NCBI GenBank assembly: GCA_036394855.1
Contig: DASWEF010000070.1
Coordinates: 18,189-82,188, forward strand
Direction: 5' to 3'
DNA from: Gaiellaceae bacterium
Lineage (GTDB): Bacteria > Actinomycetota > Thermoleophilia > Gaiellales > Gaiellaceae
Length of the DNA stretch: 64,000 nt
A program made the position numbers and the translations under genes. Of this stretch, positions 18,040 to 27,559 are shown piece after piece (position 1 is the first letter of the stretch; every line of letters begins with the position of its first letter). The notes beneath the pieces were generated by a model, which was given only the letters and a program-made list of their open reading frames with translations, was not told the origin of the DNA and ran no database searches.

Positions 18040-19044
18040 ATGCCACCGCCGGTGAGGCGCAAGACCCTCGTCCTCGTGCTTGCTTTCGGCGCCGCGCTGG
18101 CGGCTGCCTCGATCGCCTACGCCGGCAGCGGCGGCTTCGCGCCGGAGACGCCGCACTCCCCGAACGCCCAGCGCATCGACGACTCCTACAAGTGGATCGC
18201 GATCTTCGCCGGCTTGATCTTCGTCGTCGTCGAGGGCTCCCTGCTCTGGTTCGTCTTCCGCTACCGGCGGCGAGGCCGGCCGCGTACCGCCGAAGGCCCG
18301 CAGATCCACGCCCACACGCGGCTCGAGCTGATCTGGACCGTGATCCCGGTCCTGATCCTCGCTGCGATCGCGGGCTTCCTCTTCTACAAGCTGCCGGGAA
18401 TCAAGAACGTCCCGAGTGCGAGCGCGCAGGGCGGGCCGCTCCGGATCAGGATCGACGCGCACCAGTTCTACTGGCAGTTCACGTACCCGAACGGCGCCGT
18501 CTCGGTCGACGAGTTGCACGCGCCGGTGAACAAGGTCGTCCGCGTGGACATCTACTCCCATGACGTCGACCACAGCTGGTGGATCCCGGAGCTCGGCGGC
18601 AAGTTCGACGCGATTCCCGGCGAGCGCACGCACACGTGGTTCAAGGCCGACCAGAGCGGGACGTATCGAGGGAGATGCGGCGAATTCTGCGGCGTCTTCC
18701 ACGCGGAGATGCGAGCTCGCGTCCTGATCGAGTCCCAGGGCGACTACGAGTCGTGGCTCTCCTCGCAGGCCGGGGCGCAGCTCGGCCGGAACGAATGGGA
18801 AGGCGTCTGCGCCAAGTGCCACGGCCCGCAGGGTCAGGGCGGCTATGGACCGGCAATCTCGAACAGCTCGCTGCTCGTGCAGACGCAAAGCCTGCGTCAG
18901 CTCCTCGTCAACGGCCGCAACCAGACGAAACCGACCTCGAGCTACATGCCGCCCGTCGCGCGCGGCTGGAACGACCAGCAGTTCCGCGCGCTCTTCGCGT
19001 ACCTGAAGCAGAACGTCTACAAGGGACAGTCCGGTGGCGGCTAG
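18040..19044 (+). CDS. ctaC: cytochrome c oxidase subunit II with fused C-terminal cytochrome c domain (caa3 type)
   Basis: CuA site HSWWIPELGGK...CGEFCGVFHAEM. Heme c motif CAKCHG near the C-terminus. N-terminal signal and TM helices. Confidence 0.9.
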   Translation: MPPPVRRKTLVLVLAFGAALAAASIAYAGSGGFAPETPHSPNAQRIDDSYKWIAIFAGLIFVVVEGSLLWFVFRYRRRGRPRTAEGPQIHAHTRLELIWTVIPVLILAAIAGFLFYKLPGIKNVPSASAQGGPLRIRIDAHQFYWQFTYPNGAVSVDELHAPVNKVVRVDIYSHDVDHSWWIPELGGKFDAIPGERTHTWFKADQSGTYRGRCGEFCGVFHAEMRARVLIESQGDYESWLSSQAGAQLGRNEWEGVCAKCHGPQGQGGYGPAISNSSLLVQTQSLRQLLVNGRNQTKPTSSYMPPVARGWNDQQFRALFAYLKQNVYKGQSGGG

Positions 19045-20671
19045 AGCGGAGCCGTACCGAGCCGACTGGCGGCAGGGACGGGTCGCCGGCTGGGCCACGA
19101 CCACCGACCACAAGCGGATCGGGATCCTCTACCTCGTCACGTCGCTCGTCTTCTTCGCCGCGGGCGGGCTGCTCGCGCTGCTGATGCGCGCGCAGCTCGC
19201 GCAGGCGGACGAGCAATTCATCACGCGGAACACCTACAACGAGCTGTTCACGATCCACGGGACGACGATGATCTTCCTCTTCATCGTCCCGCTCTGGGCC
19301 GGCCTCGCCAACTACCTCGTCCCGCTGATGATCGGGGCGCGGGACATGGCCTTTCCGCGTCTGAACGCGCTCTCGTACTGGCTGTTCCTGTTCGGCGGCG
19401 TGACCATGTTCCTCAGCTTCTTCGCCGGCGGCGGGGCGGCGAAGGCCGGCTGGTACAGCTACCCGCCGCTGTCGGAGAGCCAGTTCTCGCCGGGGAACGG
19501 GCAGGACCTCTGGATCCTCTCGCTGCATCTCGTCGCCCTCTCCTCGCTGGCTGGAGCGATCAACTTCATCTGCACGATCCACAACATGCGCAGCCCCGGA
19601 ATGAGCTGGATGCGCATCCCGCTCTTCGTCTGGACGATCGAGATCTATTCGATCCTGCTGCTCCTCGTGCTGCCGGTGATCGGCGTCGGGCTGACGCTGC
19701 TGCTCCTCGACCGCCAGGTCGGAACGCACTTCTTCATCCCGGATCAGGGCGGAAACGCTGTGCTCTACCAGCACCTGTTCTGGTTCTTCGGCCACCCGGA
19801 GGTGTACGTGATCATCCTGCCGGCGATGGGAGTGATCTCCGAGGTCATCCCGGTGTTCTCGCGGAAGCCGATCTTCGGCTACAAGGCGATCGCGTTCTCG
19901 ACGGTCGCGATCGGCTTCTACTCGATGCTCGTGTGGGCCCACCACATGTTCAGCGTCGGGATGCCGAACTTCCTCAACGTCTTCTTCATGCTCTCGTCGA
20001 TGGTGATCGCGGTCCCGACCGGCGTGAAGATCTTCAACTGGATCGCGACCACCTGGCGCGGGAATCTCATCTTCGACACGGCGATGCTCTGGGCGCTCGG
20101 CTTCATCGCGGTGTTCACGATCGGCGGCCTGTCCGGGATCTTCCTCGCCGCTTTTCCCGTCGATTGGCAGGTAACGGACACGTACTACGTCGTCGCGCAC
20201 ATGCACTACGTGCTCTTCGGCGGCGCCGTCTTCGGAGTGTTCGCCGCGCTCTTCTACTGGTGGCCGAAGATCTTCGGGCGGTTGCTGGACGAGCGGCTGG
20301 GGAAGGCGCAGTTCTGGCTCGTGTTCATCGGGTTCAACGTCACGTTCTTCCCGCAGCACCTGCTCGGGCTGATGGGAATGCCGCGCCGGAACTTCACATA
20401 CCACGAGCACGGACTGACACAGGTGTACAACCTGATCTCGTCGATCGGGTCCGGCGTGATGGCGCTCGGCCTGCTTCTCTTTCTCGTGAACATCGTGAAG
20501 ACGGCGCGCACCGGCGCCCGCGCCGCGAACGATCCGTGGGTCGCCGACACGCTCGAGTGGTACACGACCTCGCCGCCTCCCCCCTGGAACTTCGACCGTG
20601 TTCCGTACGTCGCGAGCGCGCGCCCGCTCCGCGACCTGCGACGGCGGCTGGCGGAAGGCGGCCGTGCCTAG
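19034..20671 (+). CDS. ctaD: cytochrome c oxidase subunit I
   Basis: 545 aa. WFFGHPEVYVIILPAMG and VWAHHMFSVGM heme-copper signatures. 11-nt overlap with ctaC. Confidence 0.95.
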   Translation: MAARAEPYRADWRQGRVAGWATTTDHKRIGILYLVTSLVFFAAGGLLALLMRAQLAQADEQFITRNTYNELFTIHGTTMIFLFIVPLWAGLANYLVPLMIGARDMAFPRLNALSYWLFLFGGVTMFLSFFAGGGAAKAGWYSYPPLSESQFSPGNGQDLWILSLHLVALSSLAGAINFICTIHNMRSPGMSWMRIPLFVWTIEIYSILLLLVLPVIGVGLTLLLLDRQVGTHFFIPDQGGNAVLYQHLFWFFGHPEVYVIILPAMGVISEVIPVFSRKPIFGYKAIAFSTVAIGFYSMLVWAHHMFSVGMPNFLNVFFMLSSMVIAVPTGVKIFNWIATTWRGNLIFDTAMLWALGFIAVFTIGGLSGIFLAAFPVDWQVTDTYYVVAHMHYVLFGGAVFGVFAALFYWWPKIFGRLLDERLGKAQFWLVFIGFNVTFFPQHLLGLMGMPRRNFTYHEHGLTQVYNLISSIGSGVMALGLLLFLVNIVKTARTGARAANDPWVADTLEWYTTSPPPPWNFDRVPYVASARPLRDLRRRLAEGGRA

Positions 20672-21845
20672 GCCCGGTCCCTGGCTGCGGCTGACGGCCC
20701 TGTTCGCCACCGGCGCGATGCTGCTCGCGGTCGTGAGCGGCGCGGCGTCGCTCGGTGCCGCACACCGTGTCCTCGCGGCGCTCGCGTTGCCTCCGCTCGT
20801 TGCGCTCGTGATCGCGGCGCGGATCTCGCATCCGCGGCTGCTCGCGCCTGCGCTCGGCGCACTCGTCCTCTTCGGGATCGCGGCGCTCGTGACCGCGCCG
20901 GGGCTTCACCTCGCGCTGTCGGCCGTCGCCTTCGGCGCGGCGCTCGTTGCCACGGCTGCGACGTACCGGGGCGAAGCGGCCCCTCGCGCCGCCTGGCGGG
21001 ACTACGTCTCGCTGACGAAGCCCCGGATCATGTCGCTCCTCTTGGTCACCGGGCTGGGCGCGATGTTCGTCGGCGCCGGCGGGGCTCCGCCCACCTGGCT
21101 CGCCGTCGCGACGATGAGCGGTCTCGCGCTGGCATGCGGCGGCGCCTCCGCGCTGAACCATGTGCTCGACCAGGACATCGACCGGCTGATGGGCAAGCGG
21201 ACGCGCGCCCGGCCGCTTCCGGCGGAGCGAATGCCTCCGTCTCGCGCGCTCGAGTTCGGGTTGACGTTGTCGGCGTTCTCCTTCGTCCTGCTCGCCTCGT
21301 TCGTGAACGTGCTCACCGCCACCCTCGCGCTCGTCGGCAACCTCTTCTACGTCCTCGTGTACACCCGCTGGCTGAAGCGGACGACGCCGCAGAACATTGT
21401 CATCGGCGGCGCCGCAGGGGCGGTGCCGCCGCTCGTCGGCTGGGCGGCCGCCACCGGAAACCTCGCGCTGCCGGCCCTCTGGCTCTTCCTGATCGTCTTC
21501 TTCTGGACGCCGCCGCACTTCTGGGCACTGGCGCTGCTGATCCGGAAGGACTACGAGGCCGCTCGGATTCCGATGCTGCCGGTCGTGCGCGGCACGCGGG
21601 AGACGACGCGCCAGATCCTGTGGTACGCGATCGTCCTCGTCGGAGTGACGGTCGTCCCGGTCCTCTGGGGACCGCTGGGCCTCGCGTATCTCGTCGCGGC
21701 GCTTGCGCTCGGCGGAGCCTTCGTCTGGCTCGCGCTCCGGCTCAGGCGGGAGACGACGCCACGGCATGCCTCGCTGCTCTTCCACTACTCGCTGCTCTAT
21801 CTCGCCCTGCTCTTCGCGGCGATGGCGCTGGATCCGCTGCTCTGA
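20664..21845 (+). CDS. ctaB: protoheme IX farnesyltransferase (heme O synthase) with a roughly 100-aa hydrophobic N-terminal extension
   Basis: UbiA-type core YVSLTKPRIMSLLL...NHVLDQDIDRLMGKRTRARP. Start uncertain: GTG 20664 overlaps the ctaD stop, and the ORF-track start is 20598. Confidence 0.85.
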   Translation: MPRPGPWLRLTALFATGAMLLAVVSGAASLGAAHRVLAALALPPLVALVIAARISHPRLLAPALGALVLFGIAALVTAPGLHLALSAVAFGAALVATAATYRGEAAPRAAWRDYVSLTKPRIMSLLLVTGLGAMFVGAGGAPPTWLAVATMSGLALACGGASALNHVLDQDIDRLMGKRTRARPLPAERMPPSRALEFGLTLSAFSFVLLASFVNVLTATLALVGNLFYVLVYTRWLKRTTPQNIVIGGAAGAVPPLVGWAAATGNLALPALWLFLIVFFWTPPHFWALALLIRKDYEAARIPMLPVVRGTRETTRQILWYAIVLVGVTVVPVLWGPLGLAYLVAALALGGAFVWLALRLRRETTPRHASLLFHYSLLYLALLFAAMALDPLL

Positions 21846-22018
21846 TGGCCGAGCGTCTCTCCGAGCCCGCCCCGCCGCGGACGACGAACGAGCCGGTCGG
21901 CCCGTCCCCGGAGCTCGCCCGGAAGAACATCATCCTCGGGCTCGCCCTTCTGGGCATTGCACTCCTGATCGCGGGGGGCGCGGTCGTGGTGTCGCTGATC
22001 TACTTGCAGTTCGATTAG
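21845..22018 (+). CDS. small single-TM membrane protein (57 aa), possible small oxidase subunit
   Basis: ATG overlaps the ctaB stop (ATGA-type, 21843-21847). ...KNIILGLALLGIALLIAGGAVVVSLIYLQFD. Confidence 0.45.
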   Translation: MAERLSEPAPPRTTNEPVGPSPELARKNIILGLALLGIALLIAGGAVVVSLIYLQFD

Positions 22019-22084
22019 CCTGGTTGAACGGTCGAGTCGATGGGCATAGATTGCCCGCAAAGTCTCACGACCAGGGGAGGGTAG

Positions 22085-22621
22085 ATGAGACGTTTGATGC
22101 TCTTCGTGCTCGGGCTCGCTGCTTCGCTCGTGCTGTTACCGACCACCGCCGTCGCCGACAGCGCGACACATACGTACTTACTGGAGATGGACGCGCCGAA
22201 CATCGGTCAGGCTCCGAACGGCGACCAGATAGCGATCACCGGCGACGGCGAGTTCTCCGTCCATCCAGGCTCGGTCGAGGCGGAGGGAACGTTCACGCAC
22301 ACCGACGCGGGCGGAACCGTCATCGCCACCGGGACCTGGGAGGCGACTGGCTTCATCGAGTACGAGTCCTACGGCTGCGGAGAGGTTTTCGGTGACCCGA
22401 TTCCACCGGAGCTGTGCGGCGGTGCCGTAAAGATGAACGTCACGCTCCACAGCCCGCTAGGAGATCTGTCGGGAATCCTGACCGTGATCTGCGTGATTGG
22501 TACCCACGCGCCGGGTGCCGTCCTCGGGCCGAGAACGGAGGGCGTGACGCTCAACCTCCCGGGCATCATCAACTTCAATCACAGCATCGAAGGCGAGAAC
22601 GTCTTCATACAGACGAGCTAG
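22085..22621 (+). CDS. secreted hypothetical protein (178 aa)
   Basis: GGGGAGGG SD. Signal peptide MRRLMLFVLGLAASLVLLPTTAVA. No family recognised. Confidence 0.65.
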   Translation: MRRLMLFVLGLAASLVLLPTTAVADSATHTYLLEMDAPNIGQAPNGDQIAITGDGEFSVHPGSVEAEGTFTHTDAGGTVIATGTWEATGFIEYESYGCGEVFGDPIPPELCGGAVKMNVTLHSPLGDLSGILTVICVIGTHAPGAVLGPRTEGVTLNLPGIINFNHSIEGENVFIQTS

Positions 22622-22706
22622 CTGACGCTCTGTACATGCTCGCCCGGTCCGAGCGGCCGGGCGAGCCGACTAAAGGAATCGAGGCCGGCGGCCGATCTGG
22701 CCTCTG

Positions 22707-24389
22707 ATGAGGCGTCCGCGTCTTGGGCCCACCCTGGCTGCGCTTGCACTGACCCTGCTCGCGGCCGGGCTCGCCGTGTCCGTTCCGCAGGCGTCGGCGA
22801 TCGACCCGTTTCCGAACACCGGGATCGCGACTCTGTCGGGCAACCACTTCCAGATTCACTGGAACCGCGACAACCTCAGTACGGACTGTCCGACCATGTA
22901 CATCACGCAGGAAACGGCGGGCGACGTTCTGGGCTGGGCGGACCGGGCGTACGATCTCTACACCAGCTGGGGCTACAGCGCGCCCATCCTCGACGGCGAC
23001 GGCGACCTCCTGCTCGAGATCGCGGTTGACGAGTTCGACAAGCCGGCGCCCGTGTGCATCAGCTACGGGGTCATCGATCCCAGCATCCCCACCAACAATG
23101 ACGGCACGCTCGAGCGCTGGGACGCGCTGATCAATCCCGTCGCACCGGCCGGGGCCGGCGAGATCCATCTGAACGCGACGCGCGGCATCAACTTCCACAT
23201 CGTCGCGCACGAAGTCTTCCACCTCTTCACGCGCGCGATGAACGCCTCGGCGGATCAGTGGCTCCATGAGGGCACCGCCGAGTGGGCCGCAGTCCGGGCG
23301 GACGCGGCCGTCGGCGGCACCGAGCAGAACCCGGACCGCACGAGCGACTGCGTCGGGTCCGAGTGCGGCGATACGGAGTACGACCGGAACGGTTATCCGG
23401 GCTGGATGCTGTTCGAGTATCTCGCCGAACGCTACGGCGACAGCACGGTCAAAGCAGTCTGGGACCAGGCCGCCGCCGACCCCGCCGCAACAGGAACAGC
23501 AGACCTCGAGGCCGCCCTTCCCAGCGGCACCCTCGAGACGTTCTTCAACGACTACACGACAGCCCGCCTGACCGGAAACTTCGCGTCGCCGCTCCTCGCC
23601 GGCACGTTGCCGGCGGCGTACGGGACGCTCCCCGTGGGTGAATCCAGCGGAACGGTGTCGTTGAGCAACATCGCGGTGAACCACCTGGCAGTGCGCTACA
23701 TCGCTCTGCAGCACGGAACGAGCGACGGTCCCTGCTACACAGCGTCCCTGGCGATCACGGTCACCATCCCGGGTGGGGTCGTGTCGACGCCGACGTATTT
23801 CGCGAACACGAAGGGCGCCGTCGCCCAACCGCTGTCCGTCTCAGGTTCCACCGCATCGCTGACCGTGCCCTGGAATACCTGCGCCGGCAGCCCGGATGCG
23901 TATCTCTCGCTCCCGAACGACACTCACGACTCCTCCGCACTGGACGGGCGCGAGTTCGTCCTCAGGACGACTGTGACGGTGGACAGGACCAAGCCCGCGA
24001 GTCCGTCGGAGCCGCCGGCGCCGAGGAGCGTCATCGGCCCGGTGATCTCGGCGCCCACGAGCGACCCGGCGCCCAGCCTCAAGGTCTACGCCCCCGAGGT
24101 CATTCGCGTGTCCGCGAAGACACGGCTGCTGCGCTTCGCCGTCTTCTCGAGCGGCGGCGGGACGCTGCAGGCGACGCTCGGATCTGCGGGCCTCGGCTCC
24201 GCGGCGCTCCGGGGCGGCAACAACGACATTCGGTTCGTCCTTCCGAAGCAGCTCTTCGCAAAGCTCCGCGCGAAGAGCGCCTCCAACGTCCTCGCGCTGA
24301 CGAGCATGTCGCCGAGCGGCAGCAGGGGGGCGACCGTGACACGGCGCGTCGTCCTGCAGGCCGCGAAGAAGCCGAAGCGCCGCCGCTAG
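22707..24389 (+). CDS. secreted putative zinc metallopeptidase (MA clan, HExxH ... EG.AE)
   Basis: Signal peptide ...LAVSVPQASA. HIVAHEVFHLF followed 14 residues later by WLHEGTAEW. Confidence 0.7.
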   Translation: MRRPRLGPTLAALALTLLAAGLAVSVPQASAIDPFPNTGIATLSGNHFQIHWNRDNLSTDCPTMYITQETAGDVLGWADRAYDLYTSWGYSAPILDGDGDLLLEIAVDEFDKPAPVCISYGVIDPSIPTNNDGTLERWDALINPVAPAGAGEIHLNATRGINFHIVAHEVFHLFTRAMNASADQWLHEGTAEWAAVRADAAVGGTEQNPDRTSDCVGSECGDTEYDRNGYPGWMLFEYLAERYGDSTVKAVWDQAAADPAATGTADLEAALPSGTLETFFNDYTTARLTGNFASPLLAGTLPAAYGTLPVGESSGTVSLSNIAVNHLAVRYIALQHGTSDGPCYTASLAITVTIPGGVVSTPTYFANTKGAVAQPLSVSGSTASLTVPWNTCAGSPDAYLSLPNDTHDSSALDGREFVLRTTVTVDRTKPASPSEPPAPRSVIGPVISAPTSDPAPSLKVYAPEVIRVSAKTRLLRFAVFSSGGGTLQATLGSAGLGSAALRGGNNDIRFVLPKQLFAKLRAKSASNVLALTSMSPSGSRGATVTRRVVLQAAKKPKRRR

Positions 24390-24406
24390 CAACTAGAGTC
24401 GCCGCC

Positions 24407-25522
24407 GTGCCGGCGACCGACGGGATCTTTCTCGCTCGTCCCGACCGGCCGCGAGCAGGAATTCCGCTGGCGGTCAAGGACCTGCTGGACACCGCCGGAC
24501 TGACGACGACGTACGGGTCGGCGATCTTCGCCGAGCACGTTCCAGCTCAATCGGCAGAAGCGGTTGTGCGACTCGAGTCGGCCGGCTACGCGAACGTCGG
24601 CAAGACGAATCTGCACGAGTTCGCCTACGGAATCACGTCGGAGAACGCACACTTCGGCACCGTCCCCAATCCGCTCGCGCCCGGCCGGATCGCGGGCGGA
24701 TCGAGCGGGGGCTCCGCCGCCGCGCTCGCCGCAGGTCTCGCGGACGCGGCGCTCGGCACCGACTCGGGTGGCTCGATCCGGATTCCCGCGGCCTGCTGCG
24801 GCGTGGTCGGCTTCAAGCCGACGTACGACCTCGTGCCGGCAGGCGGATGCTTTCCGCTTGCCCCGAGCTTCGACCACGTCGGCCCGATGGCGCGCACGGT
24901 GGACGACTGCCTCGCATTGCTCGAAGCGCTCGTCCCTGCCTTCGAGCGCGCGGCGCTCGACTCCCTCGACGAAATCGCCGTGGGAGTCGCGTGGCTCGAC
25001 GCAGCGGAACCGCTCGTCGCCGCCCGCGTCGCCGAGGCGGCAGCGCACTTTGCTCGTCGCCGCAACCTCGACTGGCCGCTAGCCAAGATCGACGCGTCGT
25101 TCATGGGCGAGGTCGCGGACGTGCATCGAGACCTGTATGCCGAGCAGGCCGAGCTCTACGGCGAAGAGATTGCCGCCAAGGTCGAGCGTTGTCTCGCGGT
25201 CTCCGACCGGGAAATCGCCCTCGCCGAGCGGGCCCGGAACGAGTACCGCCAGCGCTGCGAGGAGCTCCTGGACGGCCTCGATCTGCTCCTGACGCCGACG
25301 CTCGTGTGCGTTGCCCCGCCGACCGGGATCGGGGACGAGGCGCTCCGCGGCACCTTGATACGCAACACCCTTGCCTTCAACGCCCTCGGCTGGCCGGCGC
25401 TTGCCCTCCCCTGCGGGACAGCGGAGGACGGTCTCCCCGCCTCGGTCCAGCTCGTCGGACGTCCAGGCGCGGATGCGCTCGTCCTCGCGGCCGGCACCCT
25501 GCTCGAAGCTCGGCTGCACTGA
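24407..25522 (+). CDS. amidase-signature family enzyme, N-terminally short (371 aa)
   Basis: LAVKDLLDTAGLTTTYGS and GGSSGGSAAALAAGLADAALGTDSGGSIRIPAACCG. The catalytic Lys region sits only about 20 residues from the start. Confidence 0.85.
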   Translation: MPATDGIFLARPDRPRAGIPLAVKDLLDTAGLTTTYGSAIFAEHVPAQSAEAVVRLESAGYANVGKTNLHEFAYGITSENAHFGTVPNPLAPGRIAGGSSGGSAAALAAGLADAALGTDSGGSIRIPAACCGVVGFKPTYDLVPAGGCFPLAPSFDHVGPMARTVDDCLALLEALVPAFERAALDSLDEIAVGVAWLDAAEPLVAARVAEAAAHFARRRNLDWPLAKIDASFMGEVADVHRDLYAEQAELYGEEIAAKVERCLAVSDREIALAERARNEYRQRCEELLDGLDLLLTPTLVCVAPPTGIGDEALRGTLIRNTLAFNALGWPALALPCGTAEDGLPASVQLVGRPGADALVLAAGTLLEARLH

Positions 25523-25584
25523 TTTCAGGCATCCCTCGTTCGAGGGACAGCCGAGCTGCGGGGCGTGCCGACAAAACAGGAGGA

Positions 25585-27528
25585 ATGCGTGTCCTCTCTC
25601 TTGCGGCCGTCTGTCTCAGCCTGCTCGCGCTCGCGGCGGCAGCGGACGCCGCGACCCCTGTCCGCGGAGCCGCTCCGAGCCACCTGCACGGCTTTCTGCT
25701 GCGCGCGGACGAGCCGGTCGAAAACTCCTTTCCGCGCACGCCGTCGTTCGCCTGGAATCCGGTTCCCGGCGCGATCCGGTACCAGTTTCAGCTTGCGACC
25801 AGCTCGAGCTTCCGCGAGAGCGGGGTCGTCTACAGCGCCACCGGCCTGACGACGCCCGTCGCCGCGCCGACGGTGACCCTCCCGTGGATCACCGGTAATC
25901 CGCACGCGCTCTTCGCCCGTGTCCGCGCGATCAAGGCCTCGTCCTCGACCCCCTGGAGCGCTGCATTCGGCTTCGACATGGAGCCCGCGTCGGCGCCGAA
26001 ACCGCTGCCGAGCGAACCCGGTCTCGTGCGCTGGACTCCGATCGAGGGAGCCGACGGCTACGAGGTCTGGTTCATCGACGTCCCGAAGGTCGAAGTCGTG
26101 TTCACCAACGTGCTGGACGAGCGCGAGTTCTACACGTTCCACCGCACCTCGAGCTGGACCGGAACCGTGCGCTGGCGGATCCGTGCGATCCGCGCGGACA
26201 ACCAGAAGACCAGTCGCCAGAACGGGCTCCCTGCAGTCGGCTACGGCCCGTGGAGTCCCGTGTACAGCTCGACGAATCCGTCCTACGTCGGGGGTCCGAT
26301 CAAGCTCCTCCGCACGTCGTCGGACGTCGTGTCGACAGGCGATGCATCCTCCCCGGCGCACCGTCTCATGCCCGCCTTCGTGTTCAGCGGCGACCAGGCG
26401 GCGGACGGCACGAGCGCCGAGCTCTTCCGCCTCTACATCTTCACCGACCGTCAGTGCCTGAACCGCGTCTACACGAGCCCCGTCATCGGAGGTCCGGCAT
26501 ACGCGCCGCGACCGTTTGGGCCGCTGGCGCTTCCCTCGATTCCCACCGCGATCCCTTCGGCTCGCGCGACGTATCTCCGGGACGGACCCGAGCCCGTGGG
26601 CTACACCTTCGACGGCGAGCCGGTCAAGACCACGGAGTCGGAGGCAGCCGCGGTCCCGACCACGGCCGTGCCGGCCGACTCCGACACGAACTCGGGCGGC
26701 GCTACGGCTCCCGCCGCTGGACCGCAGCAGATCACGATCAAGGGAGACCTCGGAGCGCCTGTTGACCTCTGGGACACCGATTGGCCCGGCAGCGGCTACT
26801 ACTGGACCGTCGTCGCGGTTGACGCGGTCTCGCCGGGTGCGCTGAGCACGAGCATCGCCGGCACCAGCTCCGTCGGCGCCGTCAGCCTGTCCGCAGTGAA
26901 CGCGAACGGCTTCGGCGCCGGCGACACGGTCCAGATCGGCAACGCGGCGAACCAGGAGACGACGACCGTCGTCTCCGCGAGCGGGGCCGCGCTGACGTTC
27001 GCCTCGGCTCTGAAGTTCGCCCACGGCACGGGAGAGCCGATCGTGCGCACCGGAGGCAATCTGCAATATCGGGATCTCGAGCTTCCCCAGGACGTGTGCG
27101 CGGCTCCATACAACCGCGTGGCGCGGTTCGGGAAGAACAGCGAGCCCTCGCTGACCGCTGCCGGCGAGCTCTTTGCATCCGGGCTCTCTCCGAGCGGTCG
27201 CCTCACGGCCGGACGCAGCAGCCAGGCGTTCTACGGCTACCCGCTCGTCGCCTGGACGCCGGCGCTCGGCGCGTCGGTCTACGAGGTGCAGTGGAGCAAG
27301 ACGCGCTATCCCTTCAAGCCCGAGCAGAACCCGCAGAACCAGAACGCGCTCGGCACGCTGACGATGGGAACGTCTGCGGTCCTGCCGCTCAAGGCGGGCA
27401 CCTGGTACTACCGAGTGCGTGGCTTCAACTACACGCTCCCCACCGGCGCCCAGCAAATGTCCTGGTCGGACCCGGCAAGAATCGTCGTCGCCAAGCCAAA
27501 ATTCAAAATCGTCGGCGGCGGCAAGTAG
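25585..27528 (+). CDS. secreted hypothetical protein (647 aa) with three W-x-P-x-x-GA-x-x-Y modules
   Basis: ATG 25585 after AGGAGGAA. Signal peptide MRVLSLAAVCLSLLALAAAADA. Motifs FAWNPVPGAIRYQFQ, VRWTPIEGADGYEVWF, VAWTPALGASVYEVQW. The ORF-track start 24847 is an artefact. Confidence 0.7.
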   Translation: MRVLSLAAVCLSLLALAAAADAATPVRGAAPSHLHGFLLRADEPVENSFPRTPSFAWNPVPGAIRYQFQLATSSSFRESGVVYSATGLTTPVAAPTVTLPWITGNPHALFARVRAIKASSSTPWSAAFGFDMEPASAPKPLPSEPGLVRWTPIEGADGYEVWFIDVPKVEVVFTNVLDEREFYTFHRTSSWTGTVRWRIRAIRADNQKTSRQNGLPAVGYGPWSPVYSSTNPSYVGGPIKLLRTSSDVVSTGDASSPAHRLMPAFVFSGDQAADGTSAELFRLYIFTDRQCLNRVYTSPVIGGPAYAPRPFGPLALPSIPTAIPSARATYLRDGPEPVGYTFDGEPVKTTESEAAAVPTTAVPADSDTNSGGATAPAAGPQQITIKGDLGAPVDLWDTDWPGSGYYWTVVAVDAVSPGALSTSIAGTSSVGAVSLSAVNANGFGAGDTVQIGNAANQETTTVVSASGAALTFASALKFAHGTGEPIVRTGGNLQYRDLELPQDVCAAPYNRVARFGKNSEPSLTAAGELFASGLSPSGRLTAGRSSQAFYGYPLVAWTPALGASVYEVQWSKTRYPFKPEQNPQNQNALGTLTMGTSAVLPLKAGTWYYRVRGFNYTLPTGAQQMSWSDPARIVVAKPKFKIVGGGK

Positions 27529-27532
27529 CAGC

Positions 27533-27559
27533 CCGCGCGAAAGCTGCGCTTTCGCGCGG
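27533..27559 (+). terminator. terminator-like perfect hairpin after the 647-aa gene
   Basis: CCGCGCGAAAGC-TGC-GCTTTCGCGCGG, 12-bp stem 5 nt after the stop. No U-tract. Confidence 0.4.

Noticed and set aside
18908-20710. 600-aa minus-strand ORF antisense to ctaD.
   Set aside because: Arg/Asp/Glu/Pro-rich with no domain pattern. ctaD on the other strand is certain.
24847-25584. N-terminal 246-codon extension of the 893-aa ORF 24847..27528.
   Set aside because: It overlaps the amidase gene in another frame and is Arg/Pro-rich. A proper AGGAGGAA SD plus a signal peptide start at 25585.
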